From: Sedimentisphaerales bacterium | Lineage (GTDB): Bacteria; Planctomycetota; Phycisphaerae; Sedimentisphaerales; SM23-30 | Direction: 5' to 3' (one strand) | DNA length: 64,000 nt | NCBI GenBank assembly: GCA_963666285.1 | Contig: OY762711.1 | In this document: in pieces, positions 32,694 to 42,844 of the stretch | Layout of the letters: every line of letters starts with the position of its first letter | Numbering within the stretch: position 1 is the first letter of the stretch | Program-made: the position numbers and the translations under genes | The notes under the pieces: generated by a model | Databases searched by the model: none | What the model was told of the DNA's origin: nothing | The model's input: the letters and a program-made list of their open reading frames with translations, nothing else

Positions 32694-35600
32694 CTACTTG
32701 GCCAAAGCCTCAAAGTAAGCATTTATCACTCGCTCGTAGCCTTTATATTTCGAGGTCTGGTCCTGTTGGTTAGTGTCAATTTCCGTACTACCGGCTGCAT
32801 TTTGAATATATCGCGTTCGAACCTGGCTGCCGATTTCATGATGTGATTTTTTCAGAGAGTCAAGAGTCTGATTATAAGCCCTTCGTAATTCCGGACCGAT
32901 TTTAGGATTATCCAACTCATTTTCGAATGTCTGCATATTTTCCAAAGCACTTTCGAGTTCCGCAGTTGAAAGATTATGGCGATGTAACCTGGGTATAAGT
33001 TGTCGGGCAGAATTTGTAATAGCCTGCTGCTGAGTTTTGGCATCACGCATCTTCTGCAGAACCTTTGGCGGCAGTTGGCCACCAGAGCCAAAAATTGAAG
33101 CCTGATCAGTCATTTTGCCAAGCCCGGTACCACCGGTTTGTGCCCCAACATCTTCATCCCGCACATCACCACTCTCCAATGGCGTATTACTGGTTCGTTC
33201 TCGCAAAGAATATTCATTATCATGCAGATCTTTGGCAACAGATTCTACCATTTGTCCTTCACTCATGCCAGAACGCCCCGCCCCGCTTCGGCCCTGTATA
33301 ATATTATCTTCCGGTTTCTGGTCACCGGTAACACCCTTGGCACTGGTAGATGCAATAGTGCCATCAGACACAGGACCTGCTGTATGGTCAAGCGAATTAA
33401 GATAACTGCCAATATCTTCAACCTCCTGAGCCATCTCTTCTTCTGACGTAACCAGATCGCCTACCAGGTCTTCCAGTTCATCAGGCAGTTCTGCAAGAGG
33501 AGCGACCAGCTGCAGGTCTTCCGGCACTTCAGCAATAAACTGTATATGATCATAAAAATCCATAGTAGCTTCACAATTTATAAGAATCTCTTCAGCCATT
33601 TCAACAAGTTCAGTCTCCAGGCGGTAGGCATCAACGCGTGCCATACGATCATCGGCTGCCTGATCAGCTGTTTCGGCCAGATTTTCAGCGGCCTGATAAA
33701 TACTTGTCAAATTTTCAACCATCGCAGGATCGCCAAAATCCTGCAAATCTACTTTCGTAAAGTCATTCACTGCCGAACTTAAGATTTCAGCCAGCCTGGA
33801 CTGGTCAATCGCCAACCGGGCAAGATTGTCAACATCATCTTCGGTAAAATCCTCTACCGCTTTATCCATAATAAGGTCACGCCGGTGAGTTATGTTTTTT
33901 TGATGACTAACAAAATTATCAAGCTCAGTTACAAAATCATCCAATGACTCATCAAAAGTTTCATAAATTGACTTATCAAGCTCTGCTTTGGTTTGATTGC
34001 CGGCAGCTGCATTTTTGTCCTGCTCTCGCTGTAAAGCAATATCAGCTTTAAGGGCAATCAGCCTATCAAGAATATACTGCTGGAGTTCAGTAATACCAGC
34101 TAAAGAACGCCTGGTCATAGAGATATCCGGTTTACGCTGAGATGCCAGTACAACAATCTTGCTCAAGACCCTTGTATTTTCACCCCTGTAGATCTCACTA
34201 ATTTTATCTATAAAATCAGATCCCGGTTCAGAAGCACTGAGTACGGCCTGGTTTAGAAAACTACCTACCTTGGCCTGCTTACCCTGCAAACTATCTCGAT
34301 GGAGAATCAAATTATCACGGGCGGCGGCATCGTCACCAGTAACAATATCATCCAGATTAGCGATAATATTCTGCGAAGCTCCTAACGCATCTTTTTGGGC
34401 ATCAATAGCCTTATCCAGCAATTCAAAGACACCAATCGCCGGATCATCCGGGGCAAGAGTAATATCATCCAAAGACCGTATCGAAACCACTAACGGACTT
34501 GAATAGGATAAATTCTCTTCAGGACAAAAATCGGCGGCAACTGCACGTATGATATAACTGCTGCCCGGCTGAAATTTATGGGCATCGAGTGACAACAGCA
34601 GGTTTTCTTTTTTACTTTTTACTCCGGGCGGCCCTTCATAATCAGCAGAATTGACAACTTCAGGTTCAATAGAAGAATTATCTTTTTCAACAGTAACCTT
34701 AAACCAGCTCAGGCCATAATCATCAGAAAGCTTAACAGGTATATTCAAACGCTGACCCGGCACAGCAACCAAACTGAGCTTGTCTGTCTCAAACTCAATA
34801 TATGGCGGACTGTCAAGAGCAGGAACGACATTTCCGGCAAGAACATCAACTATTTTACCAATAGCCTTATAATCAGCCTTAATCGAATAGCTCCCCGAAA
34901 TACCAGCCGTAAAATCCAGAGTAAAGTTTTTTCCATTACCATCAAACAAAGAGGTTTTGCCCTGATAGATAAACTGCAAACTATCAACTGCTTTATCAAG
35001 AGTAATATTCATGGAAATTTTTGTATTCGGCAGAACAGAAATTTCGTTATTAGTTATATTCAGTTTATCAACATTACCTCCCGTATACTCCGGCAGTGCT
35101 GCCAGAAACTCGGATTTAACAACACAAGGCACCTTATTAACCTTAACCACAACAGAAGAGCTGTAAGTATCACCGGCAAAAACTCGAAAAGCCATATCAT
35201 GACGGACATTCTTAAAAGTATAAGTAAAGCTGTCGGCCCGTCCATCGACGGGATTTACCGGACGAACATTAAGATCAGATGTTTTAATTCCAGGCGGAGT
35301 TGCATCGACATAATAAGAGTCTCTACGCCATACTATTTCGGGATATTTTTTAAGCTGATATCCCGCGTGGTAAGTTTTGACATTTATTTGCACCTCCAGG
35401 TCATCACCTTCTGCAACTATAATTTCATCTCCATTCAAAACACCAATCTCTATCATGCCGGCCGGAGGAATATCTGCAAGCGGTTTCACATAACGACTCA
35501 TTGCATTCAGGGCATGACGGGTATGGGTAATACCGTAAGCCGTCCAGCAGGATAAAACAACAATAACAGCAAAGCTAAAAATCCTTATCAGTTTTGTTTT

Positions 35601-36071
35601 TTTTAATATCCCCGGAGTGATATTGCGAGATAAAGACAACGCTTCAGCTATTGTTGTCTCTGCAAATGGCTTTTCAAACTGTTTGAGCCTGAACTTGCCG
35701 TGCATACTGTTTCTGGTCTCAAATTGGAGAGAGTTAATCAGGATGTTATCTTTAAGCTGAAATTTACTCTCGATATCAAGAGCTATCTTCTCTGCCGGGT
35801 TTCGGTTAAGAAATGGGGAAATAACATGTCTAATAAGAAAATAACCGGCAATTACAATCGAAGATACAGAAACAGGAAGCCTCAACTCAGCCGGCAAATG
35901 AAAGTAGTTATCCAGCAAAAAGAAGCAAAGCCAAAAGCATAAAAACACCAGCAGCCATACCATAAAAGAACGGATCAGCCTGCCGGCATATATTGTTCTT
36001 GAAGCAAAATTCAAAATTGCCGCAATATTCTTTGATTGTTTTTTTCCAGGTGCCATCGGATACATTATCAC
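32694..36071 (-). CDS. Large membrane-anchored Ig-like/coiled-coil protein (DUF4175-like)
   Basis: Three N-terminal TM helices, DDYGL motif, long helical region and C-terminal YxxxINAYFEAL. Confidence 0.75.
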   Translation of the reverse strand: MIMYPMAPGKKQSKNIAAILNFASRTIYAGRLIRSFMVWLLVFLCFWLCFFLLDNYFHLPAELRLPVSVSSIVIAGYFLIRHVISPFLNRNPAEKIALDIESKFQLKDNILINSLQFETRNSMHGKFRLKQFEKPFAETTIAEALSLSRNITPGILKKTKLIRIFSFAVIVVLSCWTAYGITHTRHALNAMSRYVKPLADIPPAGMIEIGVLNGDEIIVAEGDDLEVQINVKTYHAGYQLKKYPEIVWRRDSYYVDATPPGIKTSDLNVRPVNPVDGRADSFTYTFKNVRHDMAFRVFAGDTYSSSVVVKVNKVPCVVKSEFLAALPEYTGGNVDKLNITNNEISVLPNTKISMNITLDKAVDSLQFIYQGKTSLFDGNGKNFTLDFTAGISGSYSIKADYKAIGKIVDVLAGNVVPALDSPPYIEFETDKLSLVAVPGQRLNIPVKLSDDYGLSWFKVTVEKDNSSIEPEVVNSADYEGPPGVKSKKENLLLSLDAHKFQPGSSYIIRAVAADFCPEENLSYSSPLVVSIRSLDDITLAPDDPAIGVFELLDKAIDAQKDALGASQNIIANLDDIVTGDDAAARDNLILHRDSLQGKQAKVGSFLNQAVLSASEPGSDFIDKISEIYRGENTRVLSKIVVLASQRKPDISMTRRSLAGITELQQYILDRLIALKADIALQREQDKNAAAGNQTKAELDKSIYETFDESLDDFVTELDNFVSHQKNITHRRDLIMDKAVEDFTEDDVDNLARLAIDQSRLAEILSSAVNDFTKVDLQDFGDPAMVENLTSIYQAAENLAETADQAADDRMARVDAYRLETELVEMAEEILINCEATMDFYDHIQFIAEVPEDLQLVAPLAELPDELEDLVGDLVTSEEEMAQEVEDIGSYLNSLDHTAGPVSDGTIASTSAKGVTGDQKPEDNIIQGRSGAGRSGMSEGQMVESVAKDLHDNEYSLRERTSNTPLESGDVRDEDVGAQTGGTGLGKMTDQASIFGSGGQLPPKVLQKMRDAKTQQQAITNSARQLIPRLHRHNLSTAELESALENMQTFENELDNPKIGPELRRAYNQTLDSLKKSHHEIGSQVRTRYIQNAAGSTEIDTNQQDQTSKYKGYERVINAYFEALAK

Positions 36072-36197
36072 AAACTTACATATTACGACCGATAATATAC
36101 TGAAAAATAATAAAACTCAACAAAAATAATTATTAGAATATTGATTAATTCAGAACAATATTTCCTGTTTTATGGATAAAAATGGTTAGACATGGAA

Positions 36198-36401
36198 CTA
36201 ATCAGAATATACTTCTTCTGCCAGTTCTACTCCGGATTGTTTGGCTTTGAGTTTCTCCAGCTCGAGCTTATTGAAATCATACCTGAGCTGAGCTTTATAT
36301 GTCTTTGCTAACTCGTTCATCTTTCCGGCCATTGCAGCAAGAAATACAAATGAGGTAAACGCGGCTCCCAGCATTGTTAAGGCCATTACTTCACCGGACA
36401 T
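36198..36401 (-). CDS. Small single-TM hypothetical protein
   Basis: GGAG RBS before ATG 36401; hydrophobic helix followed by a charged helix. Confidence 0.6.
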   Translation of the reverse strand: MSGEVMALTMLGAAFTSFVFLAAMAGKMNELAKTYKAQLRYDFNKLELEKLKAKQSGVELAEEVYSD

Positions 36402-36531
36402 ATCATACTCCAAAGCTAAAATCACTTTTTTACATTATTCACGATAAAAAACTGAGGACTACGGCACACCCTAATATTAACAACAATTAGAGGTGCCGTT
36501 TGCATTATCAGCGCATCAGTCCTTGCTCCCA

Positions 36532-36558
36532 ATATCGGCGACAAAACAAGCCAACTTA
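36532..36558 (-). promoter_or_regulatory. Sigma28 (FliA)-type promoter
   Basis: The minus strand reads TAAG-N15-GCCGATAT, against the consensus TAAA-N15-GCCGATAA. Confidence 0.6.
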
Positions 36559-36729
36559 ACTCGCAAAATCACCAACAACTATAAATAAACGGACAACCAT
36601 AATTATCGGAACCAGATAAAAAACAGTAAATTAGCATATAACCTTAATATTAAGATTAAAACAAGTGAATTCGGCTATTAAATATACCGAAGAAAACATG
36701 TAAGAAACTATAAAATGTTTCTTTTATAA

Positions 36730-36903
36730 GTGCGATTTTGCACTTTTGACTGTTCACATTACACGCAAAGGCAGAACAGGGCTTGTGAATGAAAAAGTTA
36801 TTTAATTATATTTTCGAGCTAATTCTCGAAAGTACATTTAATTCAAAGCGTTGCAGGAAGGCCCTTTTAGGCGATTTTGCAACTTAGAAATGCGAAAGAA
36901 AAC
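36730..36903. repeat. Dispersed structured intergenic repeat, copy B
   Basis: Near-identical to copies C and D; flanked by a TATAA direct repeat. Confidence 0.92.
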
Positions 36904-36961
36904 TATAACAGAATAAATATATTTGCAGAAAGTAACAATACCAGAGGCGAACGTTTAATAG

Positions 36962-39166
36962 ATGAGTGATAAGAAGAAAATCGATCCTGAATTATTCAAC
37001 ACCTTTGTTGAAGATACCATGGAAGAAATACGCCATGTAGAAGGATATCTGATCAAACTGGAAAAGAACCCGGATGATCATGAGTTGATTAATGCTATTA
37101 TGCGTCCGATCCATTCAACGAAAGGTAATTGTTCGTTTTTTGGTCTGCAAAATGGTAAAAAGCTTGCCCATGTATCAGAGGATGTACTAAACTGTGCCTT
37201 AAAAAACAAGCAGGTTATTACAAGTGAGCTGATATCAACATTTATAAAAACAATTGATATTATCAAAAAGCTATTGGGTAACGTCCAGTCAGGCAAAGAT
37301 GAACTCGAAGGCATCTCTAAAAAATACCATGATGCATTGGCCGTACTGGAAGATGCAAGAGACAGGGCAAGAGATGAAAAGTTTGACCCACAGGCAGTAC
37401 TGGAAAAACTAGGATCAATCGAGAAGGAACTCGAAGGGATCTCTGACAAACATGCAAAAGACCTGACCGAAGTAATTGAGATGCTGGTAAATACAGGCGG
37501 CATAGAAACTGCCGAAACCGGCATTCACAGTCAGATAAAAGAATTAATCCAGGATATGAGAAATATCTTCACTGCAGCAATGGAATGCGCGTTAGATGAA
37601 GAGCAATCCGACCAGGTAGGCGAGAAGCTTAAGAGTCTAAAAGAGATTACTGACGATACCGCCGCAGAAGAATTAATAAATGAAGCTGTCGAACAATATG
37701 CAAATATTACAGCCTCAGTCGGATTTGAACCATTCCTGGCAGAAATCCTGGAAGAACAGTTTGTAAAGCTGGAACAGATAATTGATGAAATTCCTGACAA
37801 AAAGGAAGACCTGCCGCAGGCAGAAGAGAAGAGTGACCAGGAACGAGAAGAAGAATATGACTTCACGTCAATGGATCGTTTCGAGCTCACCCAGGATGAA
37901 ATTAACGAACTATTGTTAAAGCGATACAGCACACCGGACGAAATCGAAGAACCTGAAGGCGAAGTAGATGAAGAATATCATGAAGCTGCACGTTCGATGA
38001 GAGTTTCCGAAGAAAGCATTGATAAATTCCTGGAATCTGTCGGCAACCTGATTGTTGTCAGAGAGATGTACAACAACCTAAGCAGGAAAATCACCCAGGA
38101 CAGTGAAATATCAGATTTCCAAAACCATTTCAAACGAATTAATGAAACGTTCTTTCAGCTATCTGAAAAGCTAAATGATTCGGTAATGGAAATTAGAAAG
38201 GTGTCTGTCTCAAGTCTCATGCAAAAGGTCCCGAGGATAGTCAGAGATGTAGCAGAAACCCGGGGCAAAAAGGTAAATGTCGTACTCGAAGGCGAAAAGA
38301 CACTTATCGACAAAAGACTTTTAGAGGTACTTGATGCGCCATTGATCCACATTATAAGAAATGCTACAGATCATGGTATAGAATTACCGGAAGACAGAAT
38401 AAATTCAGGTAAAAGTGAAGAAGGGAATATAAAAGTTGTATGCCAGCTAAACGGTGATGACGTCGAGATAAAGATTACCGATGATGGTAAAGGTCTGAAT
38501 TACCCGGCGATAATCCAAAAAGCTATAGAAATGGGACTGCTGAAACCTGACATTGATCTTTCCGAAGACGAAAAGAAAAACCTGCTGTTTTTGCCTGGTC
38601 TGACAACTTCACAAAATGTTACCGAAATATCCGGTCGCGGTATCGGCATGGATGTTGTAAAGAAAAACATTGAAGAGGCCGGCGGCAAGATCACAATTGA
38701 GTCTGAAAGCGGAAAAGGAACCGAGTTTATTATTACTTTACCTCAGGCTGTAATGACTCAAATTATAAACGGTTATGTTATTCGTATAGAAAATAATCAG
38801 TATATTTTGCCTATGGAAGAAGTTCAGGAAGTATTTTGTGTAACCGGCAGCCAGATCAATACAGTAACAGACAAAGGGATGTGTGTTAAGAGAAGGGACC
38901 AGCTTTTAAGTATAATTCGTCCGTTCAGCCCATATAACTATAATCTCAGCAGCGATGAAGTAATAGCACTGGTGGCAATGCAATGTAAAGGACAGATGGT
39001 CGCAATACATATTGACGAAGCTGTAGGTGTCCAGCGTGTTGTACTGAATGAAGTAAAAGGATTAAAGATAGCCAGCAATATATTCACTGCTTCGGCAATA
39101 ATGGGTGATGGTCGAATATCAATGGTTATCAATCCCAATTTCATCTGGGAATCAAAAGTAAACTAA
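36962..39166 (+). CDS. cheA: Chemotaxis histidine kinase CheA
   Basis: HPt IHSTKGN, HIIRNATDHGIE, DDGKGL, SGRGIGMDVV and a C-terminal CheW-like domain. Confidence 0.95.
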   Translation: MSDKKKIDPELFNTFVEDTMEEIRHVEGYLIKLEKNPDDHELINAIMRPIHSTKGNCSFFGLQNGKKLAHVSEDVLNCALKNKQVITSELISTFIKTIDIIKKLLGNVQSGKDELEGISKKYHDALAVLEDARDRARDEKFDPQAVLEKLGSIEKELEGISDKHAKDLTEVIEMLVNTGGIETAETGIHSQIKELIQDMRNIFTAAMECALDEEQSDQVGEKLKSLKEITDDTAAEELINEAVEQYANITASVGFEPFLAEILEEQFVKLEQIIDEIPDKKEDLPQAEEKSDQEREEEYDFTSMDRFELTQDEINELLLKRYSTPDEIEEPEGEVDEEYHEAARSMRVSEESIDKFLESVGNLIVVREMYNNLSRKITQDSEISDFQNHFKRINETFFQLSEKLNDSVMEIRKVSVSSLMQKVPRIVRDVAETRGKKVNVVLEGEKTLIDKRLLEVLDAPLIHIIRNATDHGIELPEDRINSGKSEEGNIKVVCQLNGDDVEIKITDDGKGLNYPAIIQKAIEMGLLKPDIDLSEDEKKNLLFLPGLTTSQNVTEISGRGIGMDVVKKNIEEAGGKITIESESGKGTEFIITLPQAVMTQIINGYVIRIENNQYILPMEEVQEVFCVTGSQINTVTDKGMCVKRRDQLLSIIRPFSPYNYNLSSDEVIALVAMQCKGQMVAIHIDEAVGVQRVVLNEVKGLKIASNIFTASAIMGDGRISMVINPNFIWESKVN

Positions 39167-39252
39167 CACCCCTCAATCGCACTGACCTGATTTCAGATAA
39201 GAAGTTTAACATTTCACTTGCATGGAAACTGTATAATATCTACAATTATCTC

Positions 39253-40569
39253 ATGCAAAATATTTCCGGTAAAAAGATTCTGGTGATGGGCCTTGGCCGT
39301 TTCGGCGGCGGTGTTGGTGCGGCTCGTTTTGCAGCCGAACATGGGGCAATAGTAACAGTAACCGATACCAACTCAGCAGAAAAACTGCAAAGCAGTATTG
39401 ATCAGCTTAGCGACCTGGATATAACCTACCATCTCGGCGAACATGTCGAATCTGACTTTACATCAGCAGACATGATCATAGTAAACCCTGCCGTCCCCCA
39501 GGAAAATGAATACCTGGAAATAGCCCGCAAAGCCGAGGTCGGCTTAACTACCGAAATGAATCTTTTCTGGCAATACTGCCCTGCTCCCGTGGTCGGAATA
39601 ACCGGCAGTAACGGTAAGAGTACCACCACCGCGATGACATACCATGTTTTGACCAGATGTATGCCTGAAAAAAAAGTATGGCTGGGCGGTAATATTGGTA
39701 AGGGGTCTCTGCTGGCCAAGATCGACCAGGTCGGCCCAGATGATATAGTCGTTCTGGAATTAAGCAGTTTTCAACTTGAAGACCTGGCACAACTCCAGCG
39801 CAGCCCACATATTGCTATTGTAACTAACATTGCTCCAAACCACCTGGACCGGCATGGCACTATGGCGAATTATATAACCGCAAAACAGAACATACTGAAG
39901 TTCCAGGGCGAAAATGACTATGCCATAATCTGCGGTGAAGATCATCAGCTGGATAGCTGGATGAATATTGGAAAGGCTCAAAAACAGAGATACGAAGAAA
40001 TAGCCGTTGATTTAATGGTACCGGGCAGACATAACAGGCTAAACGCAGCTGCGGCAGTAGCAGCTGCCGGTAAATTTGACATAAATGCAGAACAGGCTAA
40101 GGCCGCCCTGTCTGATTTTAGCGGACTGGAACACAGGTTAGAATTTGTAACAGAAATTGATGGGGTCAAATACTATAACGATTCAATATCAACCACCCCG
40201 GAAAGTACAATTGTAGCCATTGATGCCTTTTCATGCACCAAGATACTAATCCTGGGAGGCTATGACAAAAAACTGCCATTTAAGGAAATGGCGGCTAAAA
40301 TTGCGGGAAATGTAAAGGTTGCAGTTCTTATAGGCCAGACCGCTGACATTATTGCTAACGATATAGAAGAGGCTAAAGCCGATAGAGATTTTCTTCTGCC
40401 AAAAATCATTAAATGCGATACTTTTGAAAATGCCATAGCAGCAACAAAAGAAACAGCAACAAAGGGAGATGTTGTTCTGTTGAGCCCGGCATGTGCCAGT
40501 TACGGCATGTTCGAAAACTTTCAGCAGCGGGGTAATATTTTTAAGCAGATATTAAGACAGAACTCTTAG
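39253..40569 (+). CDS. murD: UDP-N-acetylmuramoyl-L-alanine--D-glutamate ligase
   Basis: ITGSNGKSTT, ELSSFQL, NHLDRH, YNDS and LSPACASY. Confidence 0.96.
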   Translation: MQNISGKKILVMGLGRFGGGVGAARFAAEHGAIVTVTDTNSAEKLQSSIDQLSDLDITYHLGEHVESDFTSADMIIVNPAVPQENEYLEIARKAEVGLTTEMNLFWQYCPAPVVGITGSNGKSTTTAMTYHVLTRCMPEKKVWLGGNIGKGSLLAKIDQVGPDDIVVLELSSFQLEDLAQLQRSPHIAIVTNIAPNHLDRHGTMANYITAKQNILKFQGENDYAIICGEDHQLDSWMNIGKAQKQRYEEIAVDLMVPGRHNRLNAAAAVAAAGKFDINAEQAKAALSDFSGLEHRLEFVTEIDGVKYYNDSISTTPESTIVAIDAFSCTKILILGGYDKKLPFKEMAAKIAGNVKVAVLIGQTADIIANDIEEAKADRDFLLPKIIKCDTFENAIAATKETATKGDVVLLSPACASYGMFENFQQRGNIFKQILRQNS

Positions 40570-40611
40570 CCGGTACCAAATATCCAAACAAAAAAAGACA
40601 AACACATAATA

Positions 40612-40791
40612 GTGCGGTTTCGCACTTTTGACTGTTCAACATTACACGCAAAGGCCAGAACAGGGCCTTGTGAATGAAAACTCTCTATTTAAATGTATTT
40701 CCGAGCTAATTCTCGAAAGTACATTTAATTCAAAACGTTGCAGGAAGGCCCTTTTAGGCGATTTTTGCAACTTAAAACTGCGAAAGTAAAC
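40612..40791. repeat. Dispersed structured intergenic repeat, copy C
   Basis: Near-identical to B and D; ACATAATA occurs at both 40604-40611 and 40790-40797. Confidence 0.92.
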
Positions 40792-41020
40792 ATAATATGG
40801 TCTGCCATTAATAAGATATTTATGCTGTTCCAGATATCACAAACCAGAACGGTTCTAATTATATAATCAATCTCGATTAATCACCGAAAGAGCTTGCCTG
40901 CTAAAGGCCTGCCCAGACAAAGTCTTCCTTATATAAAACTACATCAAAACTAGCGACACAGGTGAACTGTTAAAAATACAATCGCCGAGCATAGCGAGGT
41001 CTGATCAAGGATATGTCTTA

Positions 41021-42574
41021 TTAGGCCAACTGATCAGTTGCAATATGCCAATGCTTCAGATCTTCGTATATCTGAATGTCCAGCATATCACCTGCATTAT
41101 CAAGCAACCTGGTACACTCCGGGCTAAGATCTATCAAATGCAGCGTTTTACCCTGTTTGACGTATCGCTCGGCGAGAGAATTAATAGCTTCGATACCAGA
41201 ATGGTCAAATACCCTGGCATAATGAAAGTCTATTATCACGTCGTCAGGGTCTTCAGCCGGATTAAACAGTTCAGAGAAATTCTTTACAGAACCAAAAAAC
41301 AGCGACCCCCTCAGCCTATACACTTTCGACCCTTTCTGATCAATTTCAGAATGAAATTCTATCCGACTACCTTTTTTCCAGGCAAAAACCAGAGCAGACA
41401 CAATCACACCGACAAAAACCGCAATTGCCAGATCTTCAATTACCGTAACAGCTGAAACCAGTACTATTATAAAAGCATCAGACACGGGAATTTTTCTCAT
41501 TATCTTTATGCTAGAGAAACTGAACGTACTAATAACAACGGTAAACATAACACCAACTAAAGCTGCAACAGGTATGATTTCTATCAGCGATGAACCTGCC
41601 AGCACAAACAGGAGTAACGCAAGTGCCGCAGTTATACCAGATAACCTGCCTCGCCCGCCCGAATTGATATTGATCATGCTCTGACCGATCATCGCACAAC
41701 CTCCCATACCACCAAAAACACCACAGATAAGATTACCTATACCCTGACCAATACATTCCCTGTTACCACGCCCGCGGGTTTCAGTTATCTCATCAACCAG
41801 CGTCAAAGTAAGCAGTGATTCAATCAGTCCAACTGCCGCCGCCAGGGACGAATACGGCAGGATAATCTTTAGCGTCTCCATCGACATCGGCACCCCTGGA
41901 AACGCAAACTTCGGCAGCGATGCTTTCAATGATTTTAATTCCGGGTCAAGAAGCTGCACATAATCGATAACACTTCTATATTCGAATATACCAAACTTAC
42001 CAGCCGCTATCGCCCCTACTGTAACTACTATAATAGCCGTCAGCGACGCCGGTATCGCCTTAGTCACCAGCGGCAAAAGATAGCATATCGCCATCGTTAC
42101 AGCTACCATCCCCAGCATCACAACCAACTGCGGACCAACCAACCATGCGGCATCATCGCCAACACCAGTTTTAAACTGGCCAAGCTGTGCAAGAAATATC
42201 ACAATCGCTAAACCGTTAACAAAACCAAGCATTACAGAATGCGGTATAAGCCGCACAAACTTACCTAGTCGCAGCAACCCTGCCACTACCTGAATAACTC
42301 CCATTAGCAATACGGCCGCAAACAAATATTCCACCCCATATTCTATTACCAGCGATGCATAAACAACCGCTATCGCACCAGTTGCACCTGATATCATGCC
42401 CGGACGACCACCTAAAATCGCAGTTGTCAGCCCCATAATAAAAGCGGCATATAAACCAATTATCGGCGACACATGGCAAACAAAAGCAAAGGCTATAGCC
42501 TCGGGTACAAGCGCCAAAGCAACTGTTAGACCTGACAATACATCATTCTTACACTGGCTGATATCCAGTTTCAT
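41021..42574 (-). CDS. sulP: SulP-family anion transporter with STAS domain
   Basis: VALALVPEAIAF, GRPGMISGATGA, GGCAMIGQS, LFFGS and DHSGIEA. Confidence 0.95.
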   Translation of the reverse strand: MKLDISQCKNDVLSGLTVALALVPEAIAFAFVCHVSPIIGLYAAFIMGLTTAILGGRPGMISGATGAIAVVYASLVIEYGVEYLFAAVLLMGVIQVVAGLLRLGKFVRLIPHSVMLGFVNGLAIVIFLAQLGQFKTGVGDDAAWLVGPQLVVMLGMVAVTMAICYLLPLVTKAIPASLTAIIVVTVGAIAAGKFGIFEYRSVIDYVQLLDPELKSLKASLPKFAFPGVPMSMETLKIILPYSSLAAAVGLIESLLTLTLVDEITETRGRGNRECIGQGIGNLICGVFGGMGGCAMIGQSMININSGGRGRLSGITAALALLLFVLAGSSLIEIIPVAALVGVMFTVVISTFSFSSIKIMRKIPVSDAFIIVLVSAVTVIEDLAIAVFVGVIVSALVFAWKKGSRIEFHSEIDQKGSKVYRLRGSLFFGSVKNFSELFNPAEDPDDVIIDFHYARVFDHSGIEAINSLAERYVKQGKTLHLIDLSPECTRLLDNAGDMLDIQIYEDLKHWHIATDQLA

Positions 42575-42779
42575 CTACTATCTCCTCAATACATACAGAC
42601 ATTCTCTGTACCAACAGGGAATGTGCCGGGATTCTATCTACTTAACTTGATTGATTTATTCAAAACGAGACTACACTGTCGAGTCGACGGTGTAATATAG
42701 GCGTGTTAATCTTGTCATTGCAACAAGAACAAGATATATTAACACATTAGATGCTTATTGTCAAGCAGTAAACACCAAC

Positions 42780-42812
42780 AAAAAAGACAGACTCAATCGG
42801 AGCCTGCCTTTT
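42780..42812 (-). terminator. Intrinsic terminator closing the ECF/VIT-vWA gene run
   Basis: Minus strand AGGCAGGCTC-loop-GAGTCTGTCT followed by a T-run. Confidence 0.7.
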
Positions 42813-42844
42813 ACCGTCAATCATTACCACCAAAATGTTAAAAT

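Noticed and set aside
40612..40791. Repeat as a c-di-GMP-I riboswitch (ACGCAAAG) or an HDV-like ribozyme (GGCGA)
   Set aside because: The GGCAAAC/GAAA P2 elements and the nested double pseudoknot could not be built, and the gene contexts are inconsistent with a riboswitch.
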